A stretch of DNA of 64,000 bases, taken from the NCBI GenBank assembly GCA_026396515.1, contig JAPLWQ010000003.1, forward strand, positions 26,204 through 90,203, read 5' to 3'. The translations under genes were made by a program, and so were the position numbers. Positions 18,651 to 28,643 of the stretch are shown here, piece after piece; the stretch's first letter is position 1, and every line of letters starts with the position of its first letter. This DNA is from Candidatus Magasanikiibacteriota bacterium (GTDB lineage Bacteria > Patescibacteriota > Patescibacteriia > Magasanikbacterales > GWA2-37-8). The notes beneath the pieces were generated by a model. That model saw only the letters and a program-made list of their open reading frames with translations. It searched no databases and was not told the DNA's origin.

Positions 18651-21600
18651 ATGAAGCAAAAATTAAAGCTTCTGGTTTTGGCGTTTTCAGTTGTGGGTTT
18701 TATAGTGGCGGGCATTTTTTCTTCAATTGATAGAACTCGCGCGGCGGGTTATGGCCCGGGAAATTTGATCATAAATGAGTTCACTGCTTCCGGCACAACG
18801 TGGATTGAACTTATGAATACCACGGCCAGCGATATTGATTTGAGTGCTTCAACTTGGGAATTTGTCTTCTCACCGCATGGTGCCCCGGGTCCAAGTACCA
18901 CTACTTTATCCGGTCTAGTGCCGGCCAACGGTATGCTTACAATTTCAGCCTCATTACTTGGTGGTCCGGTCCTAACAGATTTATTAATATATTGGAATGG
19001 TTCAAACATTTATCATGTAAGCTACGGTCCGGGGGGCGATGTGGCGGCGCCTAGCGTCGGGGAATCAGCTATCTTGATAAGCACTTCAACATGGAGTACG
19101 ACTTCATCCATCAGCAAGGGCTGGTTCAATGAAACAACCAGTACTTTAAATTGTAGTACTCCGCCTGCACCAGGCCCGGGCGTTACTCCACCCTCTCTTG
19201 ATGCCATTGTTTCTTGTTTGCCGAGCGGCGTAACGACCAACATGAACAACACCGGTTCCATTTCCGATCCGACCCGAGCGAGTAATCTTTGGTTTGAAAA
19301 AACGGGAAGCGGAAAAATTAATTATAGTTCGGCCTTGAATTTAACTGACCAGAATACCCGGACTCTGCTTCAAAATCTCGGGACCAAAATGGAGCTTGAA
19401 GATGGCAGAGTTCGTCTTGACGCGAGTACAGCTTTGATAATGAAAAACGCCGGAGCGACGCTGTATTTTTATGGTTTGAACGATCTCGGCTATAACAATA
19501 TCGGCACCGGTTCCATCCTGGTTAAAGATGACGCGGGCGCGGTTATCCCGACTTCTTCAGTTGATTATCCTGATATGACAGGCGCTTCTTGGAGTAGTAC
19601 CAATTCCGGTACGCTGCAATTTGATGCTGAACATTTTTCCGAATATGATGTGAATCCGGTTATCACGGAAATTACGCCGGTCGCGAGCCCGTCATATACG
19701 GCCACACCAACCTATGTTTTTTCGGCCAATGTTACTGGCACGGTGATTTATGGCGGCGACTGCGTTATGGCCGCGGCTTCCACGACCAACGGTAACAATT
19801 CCGTGGTTTTTGGTCCGCTTTCCGATGGCACTCACAGTAATTGCACGGTGAAAGTAATTGACGGCGCCGGCGCATCCACCACCTTGGCGGTTACTTCATT
19901 TGCGACCATTACAAACCCTCCATCAACACCCGTCGGTCTTTCCGCGGCTCCTGTATCCGCGAGCGAGATTGATCTGACTTGGACTGCAACTACCGGCACA
20001 AATTATTATAATATTTATAGAGGTACGGTAAGCACCTCTCTCTCGGTTGTGGCTTCCACCACCAACAACTATAAGAATAACACCGGTTTGGCCAATAATA
20101 CTTTATTCTACTACAAGGTTTCCGCTGTTAATGGTATCGGCGAGGGAGCTTCGTCTTCGCTGGTTAGTACAACTACCTTGCCTTTGGCAGCCCCCAACGT
20201 CCCGATCGGACTTTCTGCAGTGGGAACTTCCACTAGTATGGTTCAAGTGAGTTGGACCGCCTCCACGGATACACCGGATTATTATAATGTTTATCACGGC
20301 ACTGATGGAGTTGCTTACAGTTTTGTGGCAAGTACCACCGATCCAATTTATTATCACGACAGTTTGGGCGTCAACACCATTCATTATTATAAAGTGTCGG
20401 CCGTCAATAATGCCGGCGAAACTACCTCCACGGCCGACAATGCTTATACCTTTGCCGCTGTTCCATCCGGCTTAACAACCACTGCCTCAACAACGGTTGC
20501 TACTACCTTGCAATGGAGCGCGAATGGCAATCCGGCAGGCACGGTTTATCAGATTTCCGGCACTGGTTTTGCCACAGCCACAACTACGGCCACGTCGACC
20601 GCGATTTCAAGTTTGAACCCCGATACCAGTTATACATTTGATCTGCTCGCAAAAAATGGCGACAATATACTAACTGCGGCAGTGAGCGCATCGGATTGGA
20701 CAAAAGCCGTAAACCCATCTTCGTTCGTTTCCACCGCTTCCTCCACAGTCTCCATTTCCCTGAGCTGGAGCGGAGGCTTGAATCCCGGTACAACCATATA
20801 TCAGCTGTTTGGCATTGGGTTCGCGACGACATCCGTAACAGCGACTTCTGATATTGTTTCCGGATTAAATCCGAACGCTCACTATACTTTTAATGTGCGG
20901 TCGCAAAATCATGATGGTACATATAATGCGCCGCAGAGTGTTTCAGATGACACCACGGTCGCTGTCCCGGGTACACCTACCGCAACCCCAACTTCTTCCA
21001 CGCAAATTATTTTATCTTGGGACCCGAGCAGTAACCCCGGCACCACCGTTTATCAGGTCTACAATGTTACGACCGCGGCTGTAAGCGGTACGACCACTGC
21101 GACGTCATTGACCGTGGGAGGTTTAACCACAAATACCGCGTATGAATTTAAGGTACGCGCTCAGAATTTGAACGATGGGAGTTGGTCCGCCTATTCGGGT
21201 ATCAGCACGGCTGCCACGACTTTTGCTCTGCCAACCGTGACTTCGGGAGATGTATCTTCTGTCGCCTCCACAACAGCAACTTTTAACGGAAACATTACAT
21301 TCATCGGCGGCACAAACGCAACCGAGCGCGGCTTTACATATGGCACGACCACCGGTTATGGGACGACCAGTACTGCGAGCGGCTCATTCGGCACCGGCGC
21401 GTTCACTGCTCCGATATCCGCTCTCTCGGCCGGGACGAATTATCACTATAAGGCCTATACGAAAAATAGTGTTGGCACAAGTTTCGGATCCGATATATTG
21501 TTTACGACCGTGTTCGCCCCCACTGCCGGCAATCCCACCACCACAATCGGCGTGAGTAATACCGCTACTAACACAATTATCGCAGGAACTGATGTGGTTA

Positions 21601-23162
21601 ATCCTGTTATTAATATGTCAAGCGTTACAACAGGAGGCGCGGGTACGGTGCCGGGAGAAATTGATGCCACTGTAGGTACTAGCATTGGTGATATAATAGT
21701 GACTATACCGGACGGCACCACAATATCCGGCGCGTCATGGAACGGGGTTATTCACTTGCCGACCATCAAATCTAACAGCAGCGTATCGGTAACCGCCGAT
21801 TCAGGATATACGGCAACAGTAGATAGTGTGATAGAGATCGGCTTTGACAACACTGCTTTGACATTTGATAGGGGCGTTAGGATATTAATTCCGGGCAAAG
21901 CAAGTAAATATGCCGGATACTACCGCAATTCAACCTTTACGAAGATTACCGCGACTTGTTCGGCCGACAATCAGGCGGCTGGTGATGCTTTACTGGCTGG
22001 CACTGATTGCAGAACCACTTCAGGTAGTGACCTGGTGATCTGGACGAAACACTTTACCAGCTTCCTAACTTATACCCAGCAAGTCCAGCAGAGCGGTGGT
22101 TCTTCCGGCGGTGGTATTAACAACAACAATCAAACGGCACCGACGAACGCGTCCGTCGTAATTAATAGCGGGTCGGCTTCCACAGCATCGGCCAATGTGA
22201 CGTTGGCGCTCTCAGCAAGCGATGCAACTCAAATGGCAATATCTAATACCTCGGACTTTAACGGAATAAGCTGGGAAGATTATGCGGCCAGCAAATCATG
22301 GGTTCTGCCAGCCGGCGCCGGGTTAAAGACAATATATGTAAAGTTCCGCAATGCCGATGGTAATATATCCAATATTGTGTCCGATTCAATAGACCTTACA
22401 GTATCGGCCGGTGGCGCCACCCCTGAAGAAGCGGCGACCGGTGAAATCGGTGTTGCAGAGAGTCCTGATTCCGCGGTGGCCATTAGTAATATCGTTGCGG
22501 CGGAATATCAGCCCGGAAACAGCGTCGGCTTCAGCTATGAATATAAAAATGAGACGGAAAAAACTTTATACGTAAAAATAATGCGTGAACTGGTGAACAG
22601 CAAAGGAAAGGTGATTAAGAAACTGACGGCCTACAGAACGATTAAAGCAGGTTCCGTATTTAAGGCGGATATTAAAGAACTGTTAAGCTCCAACTTGGCA
22701 TCTGGCTTGTACACAATGCGGGTCAAGATATATAACTCGCGCACCAACAAGTTGCTGGCACAGAACAGTTTCAAGATAATGGTTAAAAACAAAAATTTTG
22801 TTTTTTCCTCTCTGCCTGAAGCTAATGCTATTGCTTTTAATACCTCCACGTTTAATAAGATGAAAAAGGTGGTATTATTGCCCGCCACGGTTACCCTGCG
22901 TTATAGCTACACAAATTTAACCGAGACCAAGCAGACCATAAAAATGGTGCGGGAGTTGATTGACCCAAGCGGAAAAACGCTGGCAATGCGGACGGGCAAG
23001 TGGGTGATGGTGCCGGGAGAAAAAGACAGCGTTTCCCTGGTTCAGAGTTTAGCAAAGAAATTGTCCGTCGGAGATTACAAGCTCCGCGTAAGAGCGCTTG
23101 ACTATAAGACCGGAGAAATATTGGCCGAGAACGCCGTTGACTTCAAGATTGAGCTGAGATAA
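18651..23162 (+). CDS. Giant (1503 aa) cell-surface protein: signal/anchor helix, lamin-tail domain, about 8 fibronectin type III repeats, two C-terminal ~100-aa repeats
   Basis: MKQKLKLLVLAFSVVGFIVAG. LIINEF...IELMN...IDLS LTD signature. Repeated PxxPxGLxAxxxSxSxIxLxWxA...YxVY units. Internally similar C-terminal repeats (YVKIMRELVNSKGK.. / IKMVRELIDPSGK..). Confidence 0.75.
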   Translation: MKQKLKLLVLAFSVVGFIVAGIFSSIDRTRAAGYGPGNLIINEFTASGTTWIELMNTTASDIDLSASTWEFVFSPHGAPGPSTTTLSGLVPANGMLTISASLLGGPVLTDLLIYWNGSNIYHVSYGPGGDVAAPSVGESAILISTSTWSTTSSISKGWFNETTSTLNCSTPPAPGPGVTPPSLDAIVSCLPSGVTTNMNNTGSISDPTRASNLWFEKTGSGKINYSSALNLTDQNTRTLLQNLGTKMELEDGRVRLDASTALIMKNAGATLYFYGLNDLGYNNIGTGSILVKDDAGAVIPTSSVDYPDMTGASWSSTNSGTLQFDAEHFSEYDVNPVITEITPVASPSYTATPTYVFSANVTGTVIYGGDCVMAAASTTNGNNSVVFGPLSDGTHSNCTVKVIDGAGASTTLAVTSFATITNPPSTPVGLSAAPVSASEIDLTWTATTGTNYYNIYRGTVSTSLSVVASTTNNYKNNTGLANNTLFYYKVSAVNGIGEGASSSLVSTTTLPLAAPNVPIGLSAVGTSTSMVQVSWTASTDTPDYYNVYHGTDGVAYSFVASTTDPIYYHDSLGVNTIHYYKVSAVNNAGETTSTADNAYTFAAVPSGLTTTASTTVATTLQWSANGNPAGTVYQISGTGFATATTTATSTAISSLNPDTSYTFDLLAKNGDNILTAAVSASDWTKAVNPSSFVSTASSTVSISLSWSGGLNPGTTIYQLFGIGFATTSVTATSDIVSGLNPNAHYTFNVRSQNHDGTYNAPQSVSDDTTVAVPGTPTATPTSSTQIILSWDPSSNPGTTVYQVYNVTTAAVSGTTTATSLTVGGLTTNTAYEFKVRAQNLNDGSWSAYSGISTAATTFALPTVTSGDVSSVASTTATFNGNITFIGGTNATERGFTYGTTTGYGTTSTASGSFGTGAFTAPISALSAGTNYHYKAYTKNSVGTSFGSDILFTTVFAPTAGNPTTTIGVSNTATNTIIAGTDVVNPVINMSSVTTGGAGTVPGEIDATVGTSIGDIIVTIPDGTTISGASWNGVIHLPTIKSNSSVSVTADSGYTATVDSVIEIGFDNTALTFDRGVRILIPGKASKYAGYYRNSTFTKITATCSADNQAAGDALLAGTDCRTTSGSDLVIWTKHFTSFLTYTQQVQQSGGSSGGGINNNNQTAPTNASVVINSGSASTASANVTLALSASDATQMAISNTSDFNGISWEDYAASKSWVLPAGAGLKTIYVKFRNADGNISNIVSDSIDLTVSAGGATPEEAATGEIGVAESPDSAVAISNIVAAEYQPGNSVGFSYEYKNETEKTLYVKIMRELVNSKGKVIKKLTAYRTIKAGSVFKADIKELLSSNLASGLYTMRVKIYNSRTNKLLAQNSFKIMVKNKNFVFSSLPEANAIAFNTSTFNKMKKVVLLPATVTLRYSYTNLTETKQTIKMVRELIDPSGKTLAMRTGKWVMVPGEKDSVSLVQSLAKKLSVGDYKLRVRALDYKTGEILAENAVDFKIELR

Positions 23163-23177
23163 TACCGTATAAAACAG

Positions 23178-23211
23178 AGCCCCGATGCAAATGTCGGGGT
23201 TCTTGTTTTTT
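23178..23211 (+). terminator. Rho-independent terminator after the surface-protein gene
   Basis: ccccga-tgcaaatg-tcgggg hairpin followed by ttcttgtttttt. Confidence 0.7.
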
Positions 23212-23240
23212 AAACGATAATCAGATAGAATTTTAACATT

Positions 23241-24437
23241 ATGATAAATCTCAAAATTAACAAAAATCGAGTTGGTCCCATTCTTGGTCGTCATCCTTGG
23301 GTGTTTCAGGGCGCGATAAAACAAACGCCGGAAGGACTGACGAGCGGTATGACCGTGGCGCTTTTTGATGAGACCGGCCGTTTTTTGGCGCAGGGGTATT
23401 TCAATTCATATTCGCAGATGGCCGTGCGTCTTTGGAGCTGGGATGAAGAAGAGAAAATTGATTTGGATTTTTTTATCCGTCGAGTGCGTTCGGCTTATGA
23501 ACTGCGAAAAAAATATGTTGAATCTAAGCAGACTGATTCGTATCGCCTTATAAACAGTGAAAATGATTTGTTGCCCGGGCTAATTGTCGATAAATATGGT
23601 GATTATTTGTGTGCTCAGTTTCATAATCGAGGAATTGAGTTTTGGAAACTGATGGTTATTGATGCCTTGGAAAAAGTGCTGGAGCCAAAAGGAATTTACG
23701 AGCGGTCTGATGTCGGCGGGCGAAAAGACGAGGAAGCGGGCGCAAAGACAGGTGTTATTTCCGGCGATGTCCCGGATAGGATTAAAATCACGGAAAACGG
23801 TTTTAAATTTTGGGTGGATGTTGCGCGCGGGCAAAAAACCGGTTTCTTTTTGGATCAACGCGACAAACGCGCAGCGCTTCAAAAATATGTTGATGGTAAA
23901 AATGTTTTGAATTGTTTCAGCTACACCGGCGGGTTCAGCGTTTACGCGCTCTCTGCCGGGGCGAAAAAAGTGGTGAGTGTGGACTCTGCAGAAGAAGCCT
24001 TGGAACTGGCAGAGGAAAATATTAAGCTTAATGGTTTGAATCCAAAAAAATGCGAATTTATCTGTGCGGATGTAAAAGATTATTTGAGCGGATTAGGACA
24101 AAAAGATCCCGATATCCGCGAAGATTTTGAGGTAATAATTTTGGATCCGCCGGCTTTTGTTAAAGACCGCCGGAAGATAGCCGAAGGTTTGCAGGGCTAT
24201 CGCAAAATAAATGAAATGGCTTTTCGCCTTTTGTCGTCTGAGGGCATCCTCGTCACAGCTTCCTGTTCAATGCACGTATCGCTTCAGGATTTCCGCTATG
24301 CGGTTTCTGAAGCCGCCGCCCGGGCGCGTAAAAATGTGCAGATTTTAGAGACATTCACCCATGGTATTGATCATCCAGAACTTGTCTCGTTTGGAGAGGG
24401 AGAATACCTCAAATGCCTATTTGCGCGGGTTATTTAA
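23241..24437 (+). CDS. Class I SAM-dependent rRNA (m5C) methyltransferase, RlmI-like (PUA + MTase)
   Basis: N-terminal PUA-like region (RHPWVFQGAI). Motifs VLNCFSYTGGFS and ILDPPAFV. Confidence 0.7.
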   Translation: MINLKINKNRVGPILGRHPWVFQGAIKQTPEGLTSGMTVALFDETGRFLAQGYFNSYSQMAVRLWSWDEEEKIDLDFFIRRVRSAYELRKKYVESKQTDSYRLINSENDLLPGLIVDKYGDYLCAQFHNRGIEFWKLMVIDALEKVLEPKGIYERSDVGGRKDEEAGAKTGVISGDVPDRIKITENGFKFWVDVARGQKTGFFLDQRDKRAALQKYVDGKNVLNCFSYTGGFSVYALSAGAKKVVSVDSAEEALELAEENIKLNGLNPKKCEFICADVKDYLSGLGQKDPDIREDFEVIILDPPAFVKDRRKIAEGLQGYRKINEMAFRLLSSEGILVTASCSMHVSLQDFRYAVSEAAARARKNVQILETFTHGIDHPELVSFGEGEYLKCLFARVI

Positions 24438-24449
24438 AAAAGGTATAAT
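24421..24449 (+). promoter_or_regulatory. Promoter TTGCGC-17-TATAAT for gap
   Basis: Spacing counted in the sequence. A 12-bp palindrome tgttttaaaaca lies at about 24472-24483 between the promoter and the ATG. Confidence 0.4.
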
Positions 24450-24509
24450 AATCGCGTGGCATGTTGTTTTAAAACATGTAAATTTTTATTAATAATTAAT
24501 ATTTGAAAT

Positions 24510-25508
24510 ATGAATTTAGCAATAAATGGGTTCGGACGCATCGGCAGACAGGCCTTTAAAATTGCCTGCGAACACAAGGGGATTGATGTTGTTGCCATTA
24601 ATGACTTAACCGACCCGAAGACGCTGGCGCATTTATTGAAACATGACACTTCTTACCGTACATGGGACCATGATGTTTCGTTTGATGAGAAAAATATTAT
24701 TGTAGACGGCAAAAAAGTTCCGGTTTCGGCGGAAAAAGATCCGGCCGCGTTGCCGTGGAAAAAATTGTCGGTTGATGTGGTTTTGGAATGCACCGGCCGG
24801 TTTACAAAAAAAGAAGACGCTGAACTTCATATTAAAGCCGGTGCGCGCAAAGTCGTGCTTTCGGCTCCGGGCAAGGGCGGCGATATTCCAACCTATGTAC
24901 GCGGTGTGAACTGTGCTAAGGTCGGCAAGGAAACTGCCGAGATTATCAACAACGCTTCCTGTACCACCAACTGCATTGCGCCGGTGATGGCCGTGCTTGA
25001 AGAAACGTTTGGTATCAAAAAAGCAATGATGACCACCGTACACGGTTATACTGCTGACCAGAATCTGCAGGACGGCCCGCATAAGGATTTGCGCCGGGCA
25101 CGCGCGGCTGCGGAAAATATCGTGCCAACTACCACGGGCGCGGCTAAAGCCGTGGGTGAGGTGATTCCGGCTGTAAAAGGAATTTTTGATGGCTTGGCTA
25201 TCCGCGTACCGGTCCTAACTTGTTCGCTCGCAGATATTACAGCTGTGCTCAATAAGAAAGTAACAAAAGAAGAAGTGAATCAGGCGTTGATTGATGCGTC
25301 CAAAACCGCGCGATTTGAAAATGTTTTGCTTACCACCGAAGAAGAACTTGTTTCCTCTGATTTTGTCGCCAATCCATATTCTTCCATCGTTGATTTGAAA
25401 CTGACCAACGTGGTCGGTGATGATTTGGTTAAAGTGATCGCCTGGTACGACAATGAAATGGGTTACTCATACCGCTTGGTGGAAATTGCCGAGATGTTTG
25501 GAAAATAA
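24510..25508 (+). CDS. gap: Glyceraldehyde-3-phosphate dehydrogenase
   Basis: INGFGRIGR NAD motif; active-site ASCTTNC. Confidence 0.95.
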   Translation: MNLAINGFGRIGRQAFKIACEHKGIDVVAINDLTDPKTLAHLLKHDTSYRTWDHDVSFDEKNIIVDGKKVPVSAEKDPAALPWKKLSVDVVLECTGRFTKKEDAELHIKAGARKVVLSAPGKGGDIPTYVRGVNCAKVGKETAEIINNASCTTNCIAPVMAVLEETFGIKKAMMTTVHGYTADQNLQDGPHKDLRRARAAAENIVPTTTGAAKAVGEVIPAVKGIFDGLAIRVPVLTCSLADITAVLNKKVTKEEVNQALIDASKTARFENVLLTTEEELVSSDFVANPYSSIVDLKLTNVVGDDLVKVIAWYDNEMGYSYRLVEIAEMFGK

Positions 25509-25518
25509 TATTGTTATT

Positions 25519-25806
25519 ATGTCAAATATTATTGAAAAGGAAGTCATCTCTCTGTTGAAGTATTTGAAACAGGAAAAATTGCCGGTTGAAATAGAGCTAC
25601 TCGCTTTGCACGAGGCGACGAGTGCATTGTGGGCAGCGCACCGCGAGAAGAGGGGAGCCGCGCAAATCAAAAATCGGTTGGCGAATTGTTATGTTATGCT
25701 TTTTAATATTGCGAATAAAATGAAAATCCGTGATGTCGATTCGCTTATTTTGCAGCGAATTGAACAAATCAGAAATAATCCGAAAAATAAAAAAAGACGG
25801 AAATAA
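25519..25806 (+). CDS. Small hypothetical alpha-helical protein (weak MazG-like resemblance)
   Basis: 96-aa ORF between gap and aspS; no strong motif. Confidence 0.3.
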   Translation: MSNIIEKEVISLLKYLKQEKLPVEIELLALHEATSALWAAHREKRGAAQIKNRLANCYVMLFNIANKMKIRDVDSLILQRIEQIRNNPKNKKRRK

Positions 25807-25818
25807 ACCAATCAACTA

Positions 25819-27225
25819 ATGAATAAGTTTATGAATCGTATTTACACCGTTGACACCGTCGGAAAGGTGGGGGAGGAAGTGCTGCTCAAGGGCTGGGTGA
25901 ATGCCCGGCGCGATATGGGTAAGATTGCGTTTTTTGATTTGCGCGACCGTGAAGGAATCATCCAAGTGGTCGGCGTACCGGCGGAATTAGATGAAAAATC
26001 TTTGGCCGCCATGCGCGATGCCCGTTTGGAATATTTACTTGAGATCCGTGGCGTCGTTCAAGCGCGCGGTGCCAAACAAGTTAATCCGGTTATGCCTACC
26101 GGCACGGTTGAACTTTTGGCCAAAGAAATTTCCATTATCACCGCGTCCGAACCGATGCCTTTTGCGGTGGATAGTGATACCAAGGTAATTAGTGAAGAAT
26201 TGCGCCTGAAATACCGTTATTTGGATCTGCGTTCCGAGCGGATGTTGAAAAACTTGGTTTTGCGCGATAAGGTTATTTCCTTCATGCGTGACTTCCTACA
26301 TCAGGATGGATTTATTGAAGTGGAAACGCCTTACATTACCAAAGGCACACCCGAGGGCGCGCGTGAATTTTTAATTCCGTCGCGCATTTATCCGGGTCAG
26401 TTTTACGCTTTGCCGCAATCACCGCAACAGTTTAAACAACTGCTGATGGTCGGCGGAATTGAAAAATATTTTCAAATTGCCAGATGTTTCCGCGACGAAG
26501 ACCAGCGTGGCGACCGTCAGCCGGAATTTACACAGCTGGATTTGGAAATGTCATTTGTGGAGCGTGAAGATATTTTGGCTTTGACGGAAAAAATGATGAT
26601 TGACATGGTGAAAAAAGTAACGCCGGGAAAAAGAATCCAGACCGTGCCGTTTCCGCGTTTGAGTTACAAAGAAGTGATGGATAAATACGGCACTGACAAG
26701 CCGGATTTACGCGAAGATAAAGACGATCCCAACCTCCTCGCCTTCGCCTGGATAATTGATTTTCCGTTTTTTGAGAAAACCGATGAGGGCGGCTGGACTT
26801 TCAGCCACAATCCATTCTCACGGCCAAATCCGGAACACATGGAATGGTTGATGAAGAAAAAGAACATCGGCGAGATTCTTACCACGCAATATGACATTGT
26901 ACTTAACGGTTACGAAGCCGGCGGCGGCAGTATCCGCAATCATGAGCCGGAAGCGTTGCATAAAGTATTTGAGGTAATGGGTTTTGACGAGGAGGGGATT
27001 CAGAAGCAATTCGGCCATATGCTTGAGGCCTTCAAATTCGGCGCACCACCGCACGGCGGCATTGCCCCGGGTATTGATCGTATAATAATGATTTTGGCGA
27101 ATGAACCGAACATCCGCGAAGTGATTGCTTTTCCGAAAACCGGTGACGCGCGTGATTTGATGATGGGCGCGCCGAGTGAAATACCGCAGAAAGCGATTGA
27201 TGAAGTTCATATAAAATTGAAATAG
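25819..27225 (+). CDS. aspS: Aspartyl-tRNA synthetase, compact type lacking the GAD insertion
   Basis: QSPQQFKQLLMVGGIEKYFQIARCFRDEDQRGDRQPEFTQLDLEMSF matches the class II AspRS motif 2 region. GGGSIRNH and GIDR motif 3. Confidence 0.9.
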   Translation: MNKFMNRIYTVDTVGKVGEEVLLKGWVNARRDMGKIAFFDLRDREGIIQVVGVPAELDEKSLAAMRDARLEYLLEIRGVVQARGAKQVNPVMPTGTVELLAKEISIITASEPMPFAVDSDTKVISEELRLKYRYLDLRSERMLKNLVLRDKVISFMRDFLHQDGFIEVETPYITKGTPEGAREFLIPSRIYPGQFYALPQSPQQFKQLLMVGGIEKYFQIARCFRDEDQRGDRQPEFTQLDLEMSFVEREDILALTEKMMIDMVKKVTPGKRIQTVPFPRLSYKEVMDKYGTDKPDLREDKDDPNLLAFAWIIDFPFFEKTDEGGWTFSHNPFSRPNPEHMEWLMKKKNIGEILTTQYDIVLNGYEAGGGSIRNHEPEALHKVFEVMGFDEEGIQKQFGHMLEAFKFGAPPHGGIAPGIDRIIMILANEPNIREVIAFPKTGDARDLMMGAPSEIPQKAIDEVHIKLK

Positions 27226-27236
27226 TGCGTATTGGA

Positions 27237-27365
27237 GACCGAATATTATCGGCGCCGTTCACTCGCCCAGCGAGCTCATTCACTACGCAGTTCGCGGCCT
27301 CTTTTTCGCTCTGCGAAAAAACCATGCCCGGCCGCTTCACTGATGTGCGCCGACAATAATCGGTC
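27237..27365 (+). other. 129-bp GC-rich structured element bounded by 19-bp imperfect terminal inverted repeats (candidate MITE or ncRNA)
   Basis: gaccgaatattatcggcgc ... gcgccgacaataatcggtc (17/19 complementary). Three internal TTCACT copies and internal hairpins. Confidence 0.35.
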
Positions 27366-27387
27366 GCCAATTCAACCGTGTGTTACA

Positions 27388-28077
27388 ATGAAAGAGATTA
27401 AACTCGAACAATTTAGCGGACCGCTTGATCTTCTGATTGCGCTTATTGATCAGGAGAAGTTGAATATCAACGACATCGCTCTTTCCAAAGTTACCGGGCA
27501 ATATTTTGATTATCTAAATAAGCTGGAAGAAAGGCGGCCGGAGGAGTTGGCGGATTTTTTGGTCATTGCCACGAAACTCGTGTACATGAAGTCAAAAAAT
27601 CTTCTGCCGCAAATATCGCCTGATGAAGATTATGGACCGTCTTTAGCCGAACAGCTCAAAATGTATAAGCGCTACATTGAAGCCAGCCGCGATGTGAACC
27701 GGATGTGGAACAAGAGTATTCTTGGTTATGGCCGAGTGGAGCCGCCGGTTAAACCTGAAGGTTTTGTTTTACCGTTGAATGCGAAAAACAGCGATCTCAA
27801 AGATTCTTTCATCAGTTTGCTTAAGCGCCTCAAGCCGATTAATCCGCTGCCAAAGGTGAGTATTGACCGGGCGATCAGCGTGAAACAAAAAATTGATTTA
27901 ATTTATAATTTACTGAAGCGGTACAAGAAAATCAGTTTTGCCACGATTTTAGCGGAGGCCGAAAATAAGACAGAAGTCATTGTTTCATTTTTGGCCATTC
28001 TTGAACTTATCAAATTCGGCAACGCCGCTGTTCGCCAAACAAAAACATTTGCCGATTTGGAAATCTCAAAAATTTAA
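27388..28077 (+). CDS. scpA: Segregation and condensation protein A
   Basis: MKEIKLEQFSGPLDLLIALIDQEKLNINDIAL; followed by scpB. Confidence 0.85.
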   Translation: MKEIKLEQFSGPLDLLIALIDQEKLNINDIALSKVTGQYFDYLNKLEERRPEELADFLVIATKLVYMKSKNLLPQISPDEDYGPSLAEQLKMYKRYIEASRDVNRMWNKSILGYGRVEPPVKPEGFVLPLNAKNSDLKDSFISLLKRLKPINPLPKVSIDRAISVKQKIDLIYNLLKRYKKISFATILAEAENKTEVIVSFLAILELIKFGNAAVRQTKTFADLEISKI

Positions 28078-28079
28078 TT

Positions 28080-28640
28080 ATGTCATTAATTTCACAGATA
28101 GAGACAATATTATTCGTCGCCTCAAAACCGTTGTCACTGAAAAAAATTGCTAAATCACTTGATGTCGCCGAGGCCGCGGTAGGGGAGGCGCTTTTGTCTA
28201 TCGCCGGCAAATACAATACCGGCGATTCCGGCGTGATGCTTCTGCAGAATAACGATGAATGGCAGATGATTTCCAACCCTGACAACCGCACGGCGGCGGA
28301 AAAATTTTTAAAAGCGGAAGTTAGCGGCGAGCTTACACGTCCGCAGCTTGAGACCCTTACAGTTATTTCATATTGCGGGCCGATCACCAAGCCTGAACTG
28401 GAACAAATTCGGGGCGTAAATTGCGCTTTGATTATAAGAAATCTTTTAATGAGGGGTTTGGTAAAAGAAAATGAAGATGCGGCAAACCTTTTACCGACCT
28501 TCGAGGTGACCATGGATTATTTGCGCCATCTTGGTTTGAGCACATTGGCTGAACTGCCGGATTATGAAACCTTGCATAATCATGAATATGTGATGAAAAT
28601 TTTGGGTACAAATCCGGAAGAACTGCCGCAGACGCAATAA
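28080..28640 (+). CDS. scpB: Segregation and condensation protein B
   Basis: IETILFVASKPLSLKKIAKSL ... winged-helix pair. Confidence 0.85.
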   Translation: MSLISQIETILFVASKPLSLKKIAKSLDVAEAAVGEALLSIAGKYNTGDSGVMLLQNNDEWQMISNPDNRTAAEKFLKAEVSGELTRPQLETLTVISYCGPITKPELEQIRGVNCALIIRNLLMRGLVKENEDAANLLPTFEVTMDYLRHLGLSTLAELPDYETLHNHEYVMKILGTNPEELPQTQ

Positions 28641-28643
28641 ACT

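Noticed and set aside
19900-21300. Regular ~270-300-nt periodicity in the surface-protein gene that could be mistaken for a repeat array or CRISPR
   Set aside because: The repeats are in-frame Fn3 protein domains, of protein-repeat length with divergent sequence, with no short identical direct repeats or spacers.
24472-24483. 12-bp palindrome tgttttaaaaca upstream of gap as a CggR-type operator
   Set aside because: No cggR-like regulator is present in the window. It is a single short AT-rich palindrome in an AT-rich genome and is mentioned only in the promoter feature.
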